This document shows, in pieces, positions 38,338-50,005 of a stretch of DNA of 64,000 nt. This DNA is from Narcine bancroftii (lineage: Eukaryota): assembly GCF_036971445.1 (NCBI RefSeq), contig NC_091470.1, positions 313,224,001-313,288,000 of the forward strand, given 5' to 3'. The notes under the pieces were generated by a model, which was given only the letters and a program-made list of their open reading frames with translations, was not told where the DNA came from and did not search any database. The position numbers and the translations under genes were made by a program. Numbering within the stretch: position 1 is the first letter of the stretch; each line of letters begins with the position of its first letter.

Positions 38338-40497
38338 CTTTTTTCTTTGGCTTGGCTTCGCGGACGAAGATTTATGGAGGGGGTAAAAAGTCCACGTCAG
38401 CTGCAGGCTCGTTTGTGGCTGACCAGTCCGATGCGGGACAGGCAGACACGATTGCAGCGGTTGCAAGGGAAAATTGGTTGGTTGGGGTTGGGTGTTGGGT
38501 TTTTCCTCCTTTGCCTTTTGTCAGTGAGGTGGGCTCTGCGGTCTTCTTCAAAGGAGGCTGCTGCCCGCCAAACTGTGAGGCGCCAAGATGCACGGTTTGA
38601 GGCGTTATCAGCCCACTGGCGGTGGTCAATGTGGCAGGCACCAAGAGATTTCTTTAGGCAGTCCTTGTACCTTTTCTTTGGTGCACCTCTGTCACGGTGG
38701 CCAGTGGAGAGCTCGCCATATAATACGATCTTGGGAAGGCGATGGTCCTCCATTCTGGAGACGTGACCCATCCAGCGCAGCTGGATCTTCAGCAGCGTGG
38801 ACTCGATGCTGTCGACCTCTGCCATCTCGAGTACCTTGACGTTAGGGGTGTGAGCGCTCCAATGGATGTTGAGGATGGAGCGGAGACAACGCTGGTGGAA
38901 GCGTTCTAGGAGCCGTAGGTGGTGCCGGTAGAGGACCCATGATTCGGAGCCGAACAGGAGTGTGGGTATGACAACGGCTCTGTATACGCTTATCTTTGTG
39001 AGGTTTTTCAGTTGGTTGTTTTTCCAGACTCTTTTGTGTAGTCTTCCAAAGGCGCTATTTGCCTTGGCGAGTCTGTTGTCTATCTCATTGTCGATCCTTG
39101 CATCTGATGAAATGGTGCAGCCGAGATAGGTAAACTGGTTGACCGTTTTGAGTTTTGTGTGCCCGATGGAGATGTGGGGGGGCTGGTAGTCATGGTGGGG
39201 AGCTGGCTGATGGAGGACCTCAGTTTTCTTCAGGCTGACTTCCAGGCCAAACATTTTGGCAGTTTCCGCAAAGCAGGACGTCAAGCGCTGAAGAGCTGGC
39301 TCTGAATGGGCAACTAAAGCGGCATCATCTGCAAAGAGTAGTTCACGGACAAGTTTCTCTTGTGTCTTGGTGTGAGCTTGCAGGCGCCTCAGATTGAAGA
39401 GACTGCCATCCGTGCGGTACCGGATGTAAACAGCGTCTTCATTGTTGGGGTCTTTCATGGCTTGGTTCAGCATCATGCTGAAGAAGATTGAAAAGAGGGT
39501 TGGTGCGAGAACACAGCCTTGCTTCACGCCATTGTTAATGGAGAAGGGTTCAGAGAGCTCATTGCTGTATCTGACCCGACCTTGTTGGTTTTCGTGCAGT
39601 TGGATAATCATGTTGAGGAACTTTGGGGGACATCCGATGCGCTCTAGTATTTGCCAAAGCCCTTTCCTGCTCACGGTGTCGAAGGCTTTGGTGAGGTCAA
39701 CAAAGGTGATGTAGAGTCCTTTGTTTTGTTCTCTACACTTTTCTTGGAGCTGTCTGAGGGCAAAGACCATGTCAGTGGTTCCTCTGTTAGCGCGAAAGCC
39801 GCACTGTGATTCTGGGAGAATATTCTCAGCGACACTAGGTATTATTCTATTTAGTAGAATCCTAGCGAAGATTTTGCCTGCAATGGAGAGCAACGTGATT
39901 CCCCTGTAGTTTGAGCAGTCTGATTTCTCGCCTTTGTTTTTGTACAGGGTGATAATGGTGGCATCACGAAGATCCTGAGGCAGTTTACCTTGGTCCCAAC
40001 AAAGCTTGAAAAACTCATGCAGTTTGGCATGCAGAGTTTTGCCGCCAGCCTTCCAGACTTCTGGGGGGATTCCATCCATACCTGCTGCTTTGCCACTTTT
40101 CAGTTGTTCGATTGCCTTATATGTCTCATCCAGGGTGGGAACCTCATCCAGCTCTAGCCTTAGGGGCTGTTGAGGGAGCTGGAGCAGGGCGGAATCTTGG
40201 ACTGAGCGGTTGGTACTGAAAAGAGATTGGAAGTGTTCTGACCATCGGTTGAGGATGGAGATCTTGTCGCTGAGGAGGACTTTGCCGTCTGAGCTGCGCA
40301 GCGGGCTTTGGACTTGGGGTGAGGGGCCGTACACAGCCTTTAGAGCCTCGTAGAAACCCCTGAAGTCGCCAATGTCCGCGCTGAGCTGTGTTCGTTTGGC
40401 GAGGCTAGTCCACTCACCTTACAAAGCCGTCCTGTCCAGAGAAGAAACAAGCCTTCCGTCGCGCATGCAGCCATCTTCAGCGCAAACTCCGGGAGAT
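38338..40497 (-). mobile_element. Young 5'-truncated RTE-clade LINE with inverted 5' segment
   Basis: 14-bp TSD cctccccaataatt at 38324-38337 and 40498-40511. 3' end ccgcgaagccaagccaaagaaaaaagaa. Confidence 0.95.
38397..40334 (-). CDS. RTE reverse transcriptase ORF (uninterrupted 645 aa; N-terminal endonuclease missing)
   Basis: NYRGITLLS, QCGFR, FVDLTKAFDTV, GVKQGCVLAP, LFADD and FTYLG motifs; C-terminal CNRC...HKRAC zinc finger. Confidence 0.93.
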   Translation of the reverse strand: MYGPSPQVQSPLRSSDGKVLLSDKISILNRWSEHFQSLFSTNRSVQDSALLQLPQQPLRLELDEVPTLDETYKAIEQLKSGKAAGMDGIPPEVWKAGGKTLHAKLHEFFKLCWDQGKLPQDLRDATIITLYKNKGEKSDCSNYRGITLLSIAGKIFARILLNRIIPSVAENILPESQCGFRANRGTTDMVFALRQLQEKCREQNKGLYITFVDLTKAFDTVSRKGLWQILERIGCPPKFLNMIIQLHENQQGRVRYSNELSEPFSINNGVKQGCVLAPTLFSIFFSMMLNQAMKDPNNEDAVYIRYRTDGSLFNLRRLQAHTKTQEKLVRELLFADDAALVAHSEPALQRLTSCFAETAKMFGLEVSLKKTEVLHQPAPHHDYQPPHISIGHTKLKTVNQFTYLGCTISSDARIDNEIDNRLAKANSAFGRLHKRVWKNNQLKNLTKISVYRAVVIPTLLFGSESWVLYRHHLRLLERFHQRCLRSILNIHWSAHTPNVKVLEMAEVDSIESTLLKIQLRWMGHVSRMEDHRLPKIVLYGELSTGHRDRGAPKKRYKDCLKKSLGACHIDHRQWADNASNRASWRLTVWRAAASFEEDRRAHLTDKRQRRKNPTPNPNQPIFPCNRCNRVCLSRIGLVSHKRACS

Positions 40498-41723
40498 CCT
40501 CCCCAATAATTATTACACATTAATAACCCAACTCAAATTAGTCCAACCCCCCCTTCCCCCAAAATAAAGAGTGAAGAACTAATAAAGTTAATAATATATG
40601 TGAGAAAAAAAACCCACTTACAAAAAAAACATAACCGATTAAAATACTAACAAAAAGAAAAGTAATTAATACTAAGATATCAGACTTAAAAAACATATTT
40701 AAATCAAACTTAAATGCATATATTTAACAAATGGAGTTAAGATGAAACATATATTTAACTCAAACTTAATATAAAAAATTAGTAAAGTAAGTAACATTAT
40801 CTATCAAAAATTCTTAAACAATAATCAATTCTTAAAAAAATTGTAGCATGAAAAAAATGAAAAAAAACTTTCTCTATAGAGATAAACCTTCACCAAATAT
40901 CAACTAACTTCACATCTATCATCATATTAGTCACATAAACCACCATCTTAAAACAAAATTCAAACCTCATTAATCATTGTACAATTCAATTTTAGTACTC
41001 TTCCACCATTTTTCCCTTTTACTCTTGAATAGTTATCCAATAAAAGCTCCAATACCACATTTAAATATCCCCAATCATTACGTTAAAATTCAGATATCCA
41101 AATAATAAAAACACATCTACAACGAAATCTATATCTTCAACAAATGGAGCATAAACCACAAACAAAATTCAAGCCTCATTAAGAATTGTACAATTCAATT
41201 TATAATTTTCACCATTATTCCCTTCGTTCTATAACTAAAATAGCAAAATAATATACACCAGAATTACCACTCCTTTCACCTTAAAGTTAAAGAAAAAATT
41301 AAAAACTTATCCATCCCATTCACATTTAAATTTCAGATATTCCTTATCTACTGAATAAACTTTACAAAAAAAACCACATCAATTTTTAATTTTTTTAAAC
41401 AATCAAATACTTTCTTATGCTTTTTTTTTTATATTTAAACAAAAAAAAACCCCTTCACTCTTTAATCTAATAATACAAAAAAAGGAAGAAAAAAAACAGG
41501 TAGGAGGTTAAAAATACCCCCTCCCGTCTAAACCACGCAATGCGGTAACTCCCAAAATAAAAATGGGTGTGAGATAACTCACACATAGCAGATGACTTTC
41601 AGGAAATAGTGCCTATCCAGTTCTCTCCCCCAACTCTCACTTCATCTTAAACTAACATCATCATTATTTAATATCCCTTTTTTTCAAAAAAAACATTAGA
41701 AAAAAAAAGGAACAACTCTTCTT

Positions 41724-43099
41724 TTAATCAGCTCCAACTGCCGAGTCACCATTACAACCATTCCTTCTTGGAGCACGGCTCTTTTCTTCCATCTCTTGTC
41801 TCCTTGGAGATCGCGGCGGACTATGTCTCTGTTGAAACTGAGTAATTGGCAGCTCTTAAGCAAATGCTATAGCTTCCTTTGGAAAATCAAAGAACTTTGG
41901 TTGGTAACCATCTTAAAAAACCTTCAAAACAGCTGGATATCTAAAGGTTGCCTTGTAACCTTTCTTCCACAACAACTCTTTAGCAGGATTGAATTCCCGT
42001 CGTTGGAACATAACTTCTTGTCTCAAATCCGCATAGAAGAAAACTCGATTATTTTGAATCATCAAGGGTGATTTTCTCTGTTGTGCATTTCTAATAGCCA
42101 CTCGTAAAATTATTTCTCTGTCGTATTTCAAGCAACGAACCAAAACAGGTCTTGGACTTTGACCTGAAATAGGTCTTCTACGCAAGGCTCTGTGAGCACG
42201 TTCCAGTATTATACCTTCCAGGAAATGTTCTTGACCCAGGACCTGCGAAATCCATTCAGTAAAAAATTTTCTTGGGTCTGGTCCCTCCATACCTTCCGGC
42301 AAATCAATAATCTTTATATTGTTCTGTCTGGATTGGTTTTCCAAATAATCAATCTTTTTCACCAAATTTTTATTTTGAGTTTGTAAGTCTTCAATCATTT
42401 TGGTCACATCAAAAACTTGATCCCGTATTTCGTCTATATCTTCTTCATACGAATTAAATTTATCTCTCACTTCAAGCTTAAAAGCTCCAAACTCAGCCAT
42501 CTGTTGAGAATGTATTTTCACCAGAGTATTAAACCTAGTACCAAGTTCAGTCATAATCTTGGATAATCCCTGCATTGTATAAGATCATTTAGATTCAAGA
42601 TTCACAAAAATCTTTTCAATTGGAAGAGATTTTGGCTCAACAGATTCCTGCTTCTTCTGCATGACCAAAGGATCTTCTGTTCCTTCCCTCATTCTGGTTG
42701 CCTTCCTTGTAGTATGACTGCGTGTGGAAACCCCAGCCACAGCCTCTCCAGCAGTGACTGGAGGACGGTGGCCGGGGTTTTCCCCAGTCCATAATGTATT
42801 AAGTTCTCCCAGTACATCAAGTTGTATAGGTTCTTCTATCTCAAGAGGTGCAGTTTGCAGCGCCACCTCTACAGTTGACAAATGCCTTTGAGTAACTCTT
42901 TGTTCTAAAGGCTGTTTGGCGCCCTCTTAGGGGGCTCTACCGATGTAACATAGAACTCTACATCCGAAAACTCCACCTCTCTCCTGGGATCCATTTCACG
43001 CTGAGTCCCGGTGTCTTTCCTGCAGGTAGGCTCCAAAACTGTAGTTTTTTGATGATCTGTTGTCATTTTTTTTTTGCTCTTTTTCACCAATTGTACCAT
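41724..43099 (-). pseudogene. Disrupted L1 ORF1p (coiled coil + RRM + CTD)
   Basis: KIDYLENQSRQNNIKII.LPEGMEG, ILERAHRA, PRPVLVR, FFYADL..EV..QRREF and FRYPAVLKV motifs. ORFs 42585-42881 and 41913-42575 are in frame across one stop, and the frame continues through two more stops to TAA at 41724. One frameshift near 42900. Confidence 0.88.
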
Positions 43100-43769
43100 A
43101 AGTTATATTAACAGCACTGAAATTATCTAAACTTTTAAAGAATTTTAACGGGCATTTCTAGACAAAACATAAGATAGAGTCAGGAGAGGACTGGAAGGCA
43201 CGTCTGATCCTTACGCCATCTTGCCACGCCCCCCGGGAAGACAAAACTTGTGACTTCCATGATGCTTCCACGAACCTGATGCTTCCATGAACCAGGGAAA
43301 GATTAAATAAAATGACTATTAGAATAATCATGATCCAAATCCAGACAAGGGTAAATCAAAATGGCCATTATAATGGTCACAGCAATCACCGTTTCCCACT
43401 GACAAAGAGAAATAAACAGCAGTGTCCATCTCACACATTACTTCATTTCTGTCTTTTCAAATGACTGGCTGATGATATTGAATGCTACTTCTTCATGTGT
43501 CTCAATCACATGACTTGCTTGATCAATACTGGTTTCAGTTTCCATTTCGCAAAAGCATAAGTCATAGACCTATAACTTCTCTTCTCACCAGATGTCTGTT
43601 TCTTGGGTAAACAATCCAATATTATAGTCTTTAGTTGAGAGCATTAACTCTGTTTACAGCTTGGACTTGGATGCCTCTGCATCTATTCAAAATGTTATTA
43701 TGAAATATGTGAGTGTTTGCACCATGTTCCAACCCCAAAGAAACTCACTAAAAAAAAGCCTGCAGCAGC

Positions 43770-45270
43770 ACCGAGCCACATAGTCGTAGGTATAAAGGAG
43801 TAGAGAAGGGAGCTAAGAACGCAGCCCTGTGTTGCTCTGGTAAAGGGAGATTGTGGAGGAGATGTTCTTGCTAGTCCTCACTGATTGAAGTCTGGAGGTG
43901 AGGAAATCCATGATCCAATTACACAGTGGCATGTTGAGTCCCAGGTCAATTAGTTTTCAGGGGATGATGGTGTTAATGCCAAACTGTAGTCAATAAAGAG
44001 CATACTGATGAATGCATCTTTACTGTTCAGGTGTACCAGGGCTTTGTGTAGAGCCAGTGAGATGGGATCTGCCGTAGACCTTGTCACGGAAATGGAATTG
44101 GAAATGGTCCTGGTCGCCATTGATGATGTCAGCGGTGTGACATGCAGGGGAATAGCATTCATGCACGGTTGTGTTAAGTGTCAGTATACAGCGATGAATC
44201 TCAGATGTAGAAGGAGGAGTGAGAGTGACAGGATCACCCTTGTGGCAGTGAGCCATTGAGAAGGACAGAGGAGTTTAGCTGGGTGGTGTTCAGGGAGTTG
44301 AAGTATACAATGTTGTGTCCAGGGAAATAAAAGAAAGTCGACTTCATGATGTGCTGAAAGAAAGGAGAGAGTGTATTCTTTATTTGTTTGTAATCTGCGG
44401 TAAATCAGTGCCAATACAACCTGTTGCTAATATAGTCGAAATGCAACGGATCTATGTCACTGCTCAGGCAGTAGCTGACATGCTTCAACACCAGCCTTTC
44501 ATAACTTTTCATCAGTGTTGATGTAAGTGTTACTGGTCGATAATTATTAAGGCAGGTTACTGCACTCTTCTTGGGCACCTGCTTGAAACAGGTAGGTTCC
44601 ACACCCTGCTGGAATGAGATATTGAAGCTATCTGTGAATACATTGGCAAATTGTTCAGCATAGATTTTTAATACTTGGCCAGGTACTCTGTCCAGGCTGC
44701 AATGCTTTCCTCGGATTCACTCTCCTGAAGACAGCACACACATCATCTCTGATACAGACAGGATGGGATAATCAGGAAATGGGAGAGTGTGGAGGGCTGG
44801 TTCATCACTGTTACTGTCGTCAAATCAGGTGTAGAAGGCAGTGAGTTTCTCTGGGAGCAAAGCTTTGCCATATGTTACTTCACTGGATTTGGGTTGTAGC
44901 AGGTTATGGCATGTGGGCTCTGCCACAGCTGTCAGGTGTTCCTTGCTCTTTCCATTTTTTGCCAGAATCTCCACTTCATCAGGGATAAAGCTTTCGCAGG
45001 ATATACCTGCTCCTTCTGTATTGATTTGGATATCTGGATTTAAATGCCTGTGATCTGTCTCTTAGTAGGTTCCAGGGCTTATGATTAGGGAAAACCATGA
45101 ACGATTTGTTGGGGGGTGGGGGGGGGGGGGGGGGTGGAGGAGGATTGGCGAAATGTTTTGATAAAGTCTGTGACAGCCCTAGTGCAATCATTCAGATCTT
45201 CAGCTGAGTCCTTGAACAACACCCAATCCACTGATTCGAAGTTGTGAACCATTCTTCAGTCTCCTGTGAC
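43770..45270 (-). mobile_element. Rex1/Babar-like LINE, 5' part of the copy ending at 36900
   Basis: CLNNYRPVTLTSTLMKSYERLV, STADPISLALH...MLFIDYS and QGCVLS peptides. Confidence 0.85.
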
Positions 45271-45624
45271 CAGCTGTTCTAAATAGAGATCCTTCCATTT
45301 TGAGGCTGTAGCTTCTGATTTTGGACTTTCCCATTGATGGAAACATCTTTTCCACATCCACTATCTGGTCCTTTCGATATTCAATAGGTTTTAATGGGGA
45401 TTCTCCCCACCCCCCACAAATCCAGTGAATACAGGTTCAGAGCCATTCAACACTCCTCACATGTTAACCCTTTCATCTACAGGATCATTCTCTTAAATTT
45501 CCTCGACCCTCACTGATGCCAGCACATCCTTCCTTCGATGTGGGATCCAAAATTGCTCACAATTCTCAACATGTGGTTCAAGCCACATCTTATAAAGCTC
45601 ATATTCTAGTCCTCTCTAAATGTA

Positions 45625-46735
45625 CGATAGAAGAACAATGTTTCATATGCAAGGCTGCTGTTCATTGACTTCAGCTTGACATTTAATGTGATCATTCCCT
45701 AGAGGCTGGTGGAGAAGCTATCCTTGCCTGGACTCATCACCCCTCTCTGTAACTGGATTCTGGACTTCCTAATGGAAAAATTAGTCTGTTTTGGGTCGGC
45801 AGTAGAACTTAAGAGCACAGTCACACCTCAGGGCTGAATACTTCTGTTCAGATTAATGACCCATGATTGCAATGCCAGATTAATCTCCAAACTTTGCAGA
45901 TGACACAGTAGTAGACGGCCTCATTAGCAACAAAGATGCTATACCACACAGAAGAGGTGGAAAATCTCATGAAATGGTACGAGAAAAACAACCCAAGTCT
46001 CAAACAAAGGAGATGATTATGGACTTCAAGAGGACCAAGGACGACCACCCTCCACTACACATTAATAGCTCCGTAGAGAGAGAGAGTAGAGAACACCAAG
46101 TTCCTTGAAGTCAGCCTATAACACATACTGGACAGGCAACATCTCTTCACTTGTCAGGAAGTCAAAACAGCAACCACACTTCATGAGAAGATGAGGCAAG
46201 TAAGGTTACCAGCCACCATCCTATCAACTTTCGGCAGGAGCTCGATTGAGCGCATCCTGGACAGCTCCATCAGTGTGGTTGCTGTCGAGCATTGGGTCAG
46301 AAGACAATCCACAGAACCACAAGAGTGGCAGAGAAGGTGACTGGAGTCGCCCTCCCCTCCATCAATGAGATCTACTGGGATCATTGTTTGAAGGCAGCTC
46401 ACAAAAATCACTGAGGATCTCTATCATGTCACACACACACACTTTTCAGCTCCTACTGTTTGGAAAGAAATAAAGGAGTATCAGAGTCAGAACCATCAGG
46501 CTGAGAAACAGCTTCTTGCCAGGGGGAGTGAGACTGTTGATGGAGGAATGGTGCTCATACACACCCTCCGAGATTCTACTACTTATTTAGCAATATTTAT
46601 TTTTCTATATGTATATACATTTTGCATATGTATTATTTGCCTGTATGTGCATTTGTATGTTTTTGCACCAAAGACCTGAGAACGCTGTTTTGTCAGGTTG
46701 CACTGTACAACTGAATAACAATAAACTTGAACTTC
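45625..46735 (+). mobile_element. Rex1/Babar-like LINE nested in a minus-strand CR1 fragment (45290-45620, 46736-46915)
   Basis: ARLLFIDFS..FN, CNWILDFL and KLCR/FADD remnants; aataaacttgaactt tail. Confidence 0.75.
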
Positions 46736-47799
46736 AATTATGTTGCATTTGCCTTCCTTACTTCAAACTCAATATGCAAATTAACTTTTAAGAAATCCTG
46801 CATAAAGATTATTTGGTCCTTTTGGATCTCTGCTTTTCTCCCCATTAGAAAATAATTTATTTGTTTATTCCTTCTCACAAAGTACATTTCCCTACACAGT
46901 CTTCCATCTGCCACTTTAGATAGAAGTTAGATCTTCATTCCCTGTAGTAGAGATTAATGGGGAACATATTTAGAGAATGCCTTTTGAGAGGTACAAGTGA
47001 GGAGACAGTGGCAGATATTCAAACCATTGATCTCAATGTTCAACAAGAGATTATCCCAAACAGAAAAGGAAATTTCATGAGAAAGGTGCATTCCATGGTT
47101 AGCAGAGGTTAAAGACAATGTTAAACCCAAAATTAAAACATAAAAAAATGGGAGGGGGTGGTTGTGGATCAGATAACTGAGGTGTTAGGATCCAGCAATA
47201 GTTGACTAAAAAGTTCATAAAAAGAGGGAATACAATTTTTTGAAAACTTTGGCTAATGGAACAAAAAGATTAAAATTTTCTATGGGTATTTTAATACAAT
47301 GGACTGCAAGAAACTACCCCTTCGCCCAACCCCCGTAAATAAAGCTAGAGGACATAGATTTAGGGAAAAGGGTTAAGAAATTCAGAGGGGGTACAAGAGA
47401 GATCTTCTTCGACCATAAGGGTGATAAGTACCAGGAATGTACTGCCTGACAGCACTGAAACTGGGTCACTGATAGCATTCAAGTGTTGGAACACTTGAAT
47501 TACTTGTGGCATGGAGGACTATGACCAAATGCAGTTTGAGGATGAACACCAGAAGTACTAATCAACATCTTCAATTTAAATGAGGGCAAACTCATGATGG
47601 CAGGAGGGAGTTGTCCAAGGTGAACTTTGCGTACAAGCCAGTATATGAACAGTGACAATATTCAAAAGCTGTTCAATAATGCTCAGCAGAAGTGTTCCCC
47701 CCCCCCACCCCGAAAGAAAGGATTCCATGACAAAGCAGCAAAATCTGTGATTACAAAAGAAGTCAAGGAAAAAGCAAAATTGTCAATTTGGTTATATTG

Positions 47800-49090
47800 A
47801 ATTAAGCATGAAAGTCTGCAGATGCTACGATTATAGCAAAAACACACCGAAATGCAGGAGGAACTCAGCTGGTCTTTTCAGTGTCCGTAAAAAGCAAAGA
47901 TATATTGCTGATGTTTCGGGCCTGATCCTTCTTCAAGGAATAAGCAGAATGAGCCAGAAGCAGGAAATCTCAGAAAGTCTCAGAATTCAGACAGTGGGGG
48001 AGGAATCCAGACCAACAACAGGTGTTAATTGGATATGGTCAGGGATGAGATAAGAATTTATCCTGCTTGAGTAAAAGGAGATAGGGAAGGGAGAGACAGA
48101 GCTGGGGGAAGTGATGTTGGGTGGGGTGTTGTTAAATGAAAGCCAGATAAGTTGATATTAATGTCATCTGGTTGTAGAGTGCCTAGCCGGAAGAGGAGAT
48201 GTTGTTCCTCCAATTTGCAGGTGGTCTCAGTCTAGCAGTGCAAGAGTCTTGCAGATATGTCAGCATGAGAATGGGGTGGGGAATTGAAATGGGTAACCAC
48301 TGGGAGATCCATGCTATTGCGGCAGACAGAGCCAATGTGCTAAAGACAGCCATCTCCCAGACTGCATCCAGTCTCTCCGACATAGAGGAGACCACAATTG
48401 GAGCACTGGATGTAGTAGATTACTCCTGCAGATTCACACAAAATGTTGATTCACTCAGAAGGACTGTTTAGGGCCATGAATGGTGGTGAGGGAGGAGGTG
48501 TGGATGCAAGTGGAGTATCTCATGGTATGTCCTAAGGGTACAATAGGTGGGGAGGGATTAGTGGACAAGGGAGTCATGAAGGGAGTAGTCCCTGCGGAAG
48601 GCAGAGAGGGGAATATGGGCCTAGAGGTGGGATCACTTAGTAAGTGGCAGAAATGGCGAAAGAGGATGTGTAAGAGATAGCCTGTCCTTCTTGCATGTAA
48701 GCATGGAGGGGGCCACGGCAAATGTGCGGTTAATGAAGGATATGCGATGAGCGCCAAATTGATGGTGGTAGAGGGAAAGCCAAATTGTTTGATGAAGGAG
48801 AATGTCTCTGAAGATCTGCATGGAAGTCCAGATCCTGGGTACAAATGTGATGGAGACAGAGGAATTAGGAGAATGGCATCCTTAGAGGGGACGGGGTATG
48901 AAGAGGTCAAGGTCGCTGTGGTTTTGTAGAAGATGTCTGTCAACAGTTTGTCTCACCAGATGGAGACAGAGAGAACAAGGAAAGGGAGAGTATTGCTAGA
49001 GATGGGCCAAATGAATTTGAGGTTGAGGTAGAAGTTGGCAGCAAAGAGGATGAAGACAATGAGCTCATCATCGGTACATGAGGCAGCACC
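47800..49090 (-). mobile_element. Penelope-like element (RT C-terminus + GIY-YIG + pLTR), decayed
   Basis: TDIFYKTT...PSKDAI and KLEEQHLLFRLGTLQPDDINI peptides; reverse pLTR at 47800-47950. Confidence 0.85.
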
Positions 49091-50005
49091 AAAGTAGTCA
49101 TCAAAAACATCATAAACATCAGCAATTTAGCTTTGTTTTTTATGGATGCTGAAAAAAAACCCAGCATTTTGGTATGTTTTAACTAGGTTATACCAACTGG
49201 CAAGGGCTAGTGGTGGACAAGGGGAATGAGGAGTTTTTAAAATCCAGCTACAAAATACCACAATAACAGCACACTAACAAATAGTAACATTTCCTATGTA
49301 TATACAAATAGGAAGCTCAAGGAAGATTAGAAACAGATGAACAAGAGACAAGAACACTTCTGTAGGGTTTAAGAAATTAAATGAGTTAGGCAAAAGGAGA
49401 AATGGGATGTAATGTGGGCAATGAATATAGTAGATTTTTACAAGTGTATTAGTTACATCAAAAAGGCAACTCAAGCCCACTTGAGGATCTGACAAAATCA
49501 AAATTACATTCCAAGATTGACGATGTGGTAGGGGTAGAAATAGGCAAGTGTTGAGACAAGCTCAATGTGAAAATTAAAATTCAACTCCGAATCAACAGAA
49601 CACCAAGGTTATCATCAATCAGGTTAAACTTAAATAAAAAAGCCAGGAGGATGTTTACAGCTTTGATGAATGTTTCCCCAATTAAGCATCACACCATTTG
49701 CTTTCCCCACTGATAAACATCAAAAACATACCCTCACATGTCAAAATTGAGTTTCATACAAGATCTTTCTTCAGTTCTTCCATAATAAGACTAACCTCTT
49801 CTATGGACAATGATCCAATTAGATACTGTTGGGTAATACAATGTTGGCTTTCCTTTTTGAAATTACAAATACTCCATCCAAGTGTAGAATAAAATGATCA
49901 TGGTCAAGATTTGTACAAAAAAAACACTCAAGTGTTTGAAAGAATCAATTCTTATTTGAAAATATAACTTGCAGTTGTCTCATCCAAAGACTGATAAGAT
50001 ATTAC

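Larger units (their letters stand above)
38207..43234 (-). mobile_element. Full-length ORF1-only L1 derivative (half-L1/HAL1-like), ~2.85 kb after removing the nested RTE
   Basis: 15-bp TSD gggaagacaaaactt at 38192-38206 and 43235-43249. 5' end GGGGGGCGTGGCAAGATGGCG, L1 ORF1, AT-rich 3' region, AATAAA plus poly(A). No ORF2 motifs seen. Confidence 0.85.
37846..43767. mobile_element. Solo-LTR-like element (37846-38206 + 43235-~43767) split by the L1-derived insertion
   Basis: Begins TGTTACG...gcaatagaaattcaccaa, like the LTR at 2488 (gcaatagatattcaccaa). The right end and TSD are unclear. Confidence 0.6.

Noticed and set aside
38347-39909. Several plus-strand ORFs (and 2917-3292)
   Set aside because: Antisense shadows of the GC-rich RTE ORF; no independent coding evidence.
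45111-45145. Long G-run with G-quadruplex potential (also C-run at 61906-61921)
   Set aside because: Simple homopolymer inside decayed TEs and prone to sequencing error; no evidence of function.
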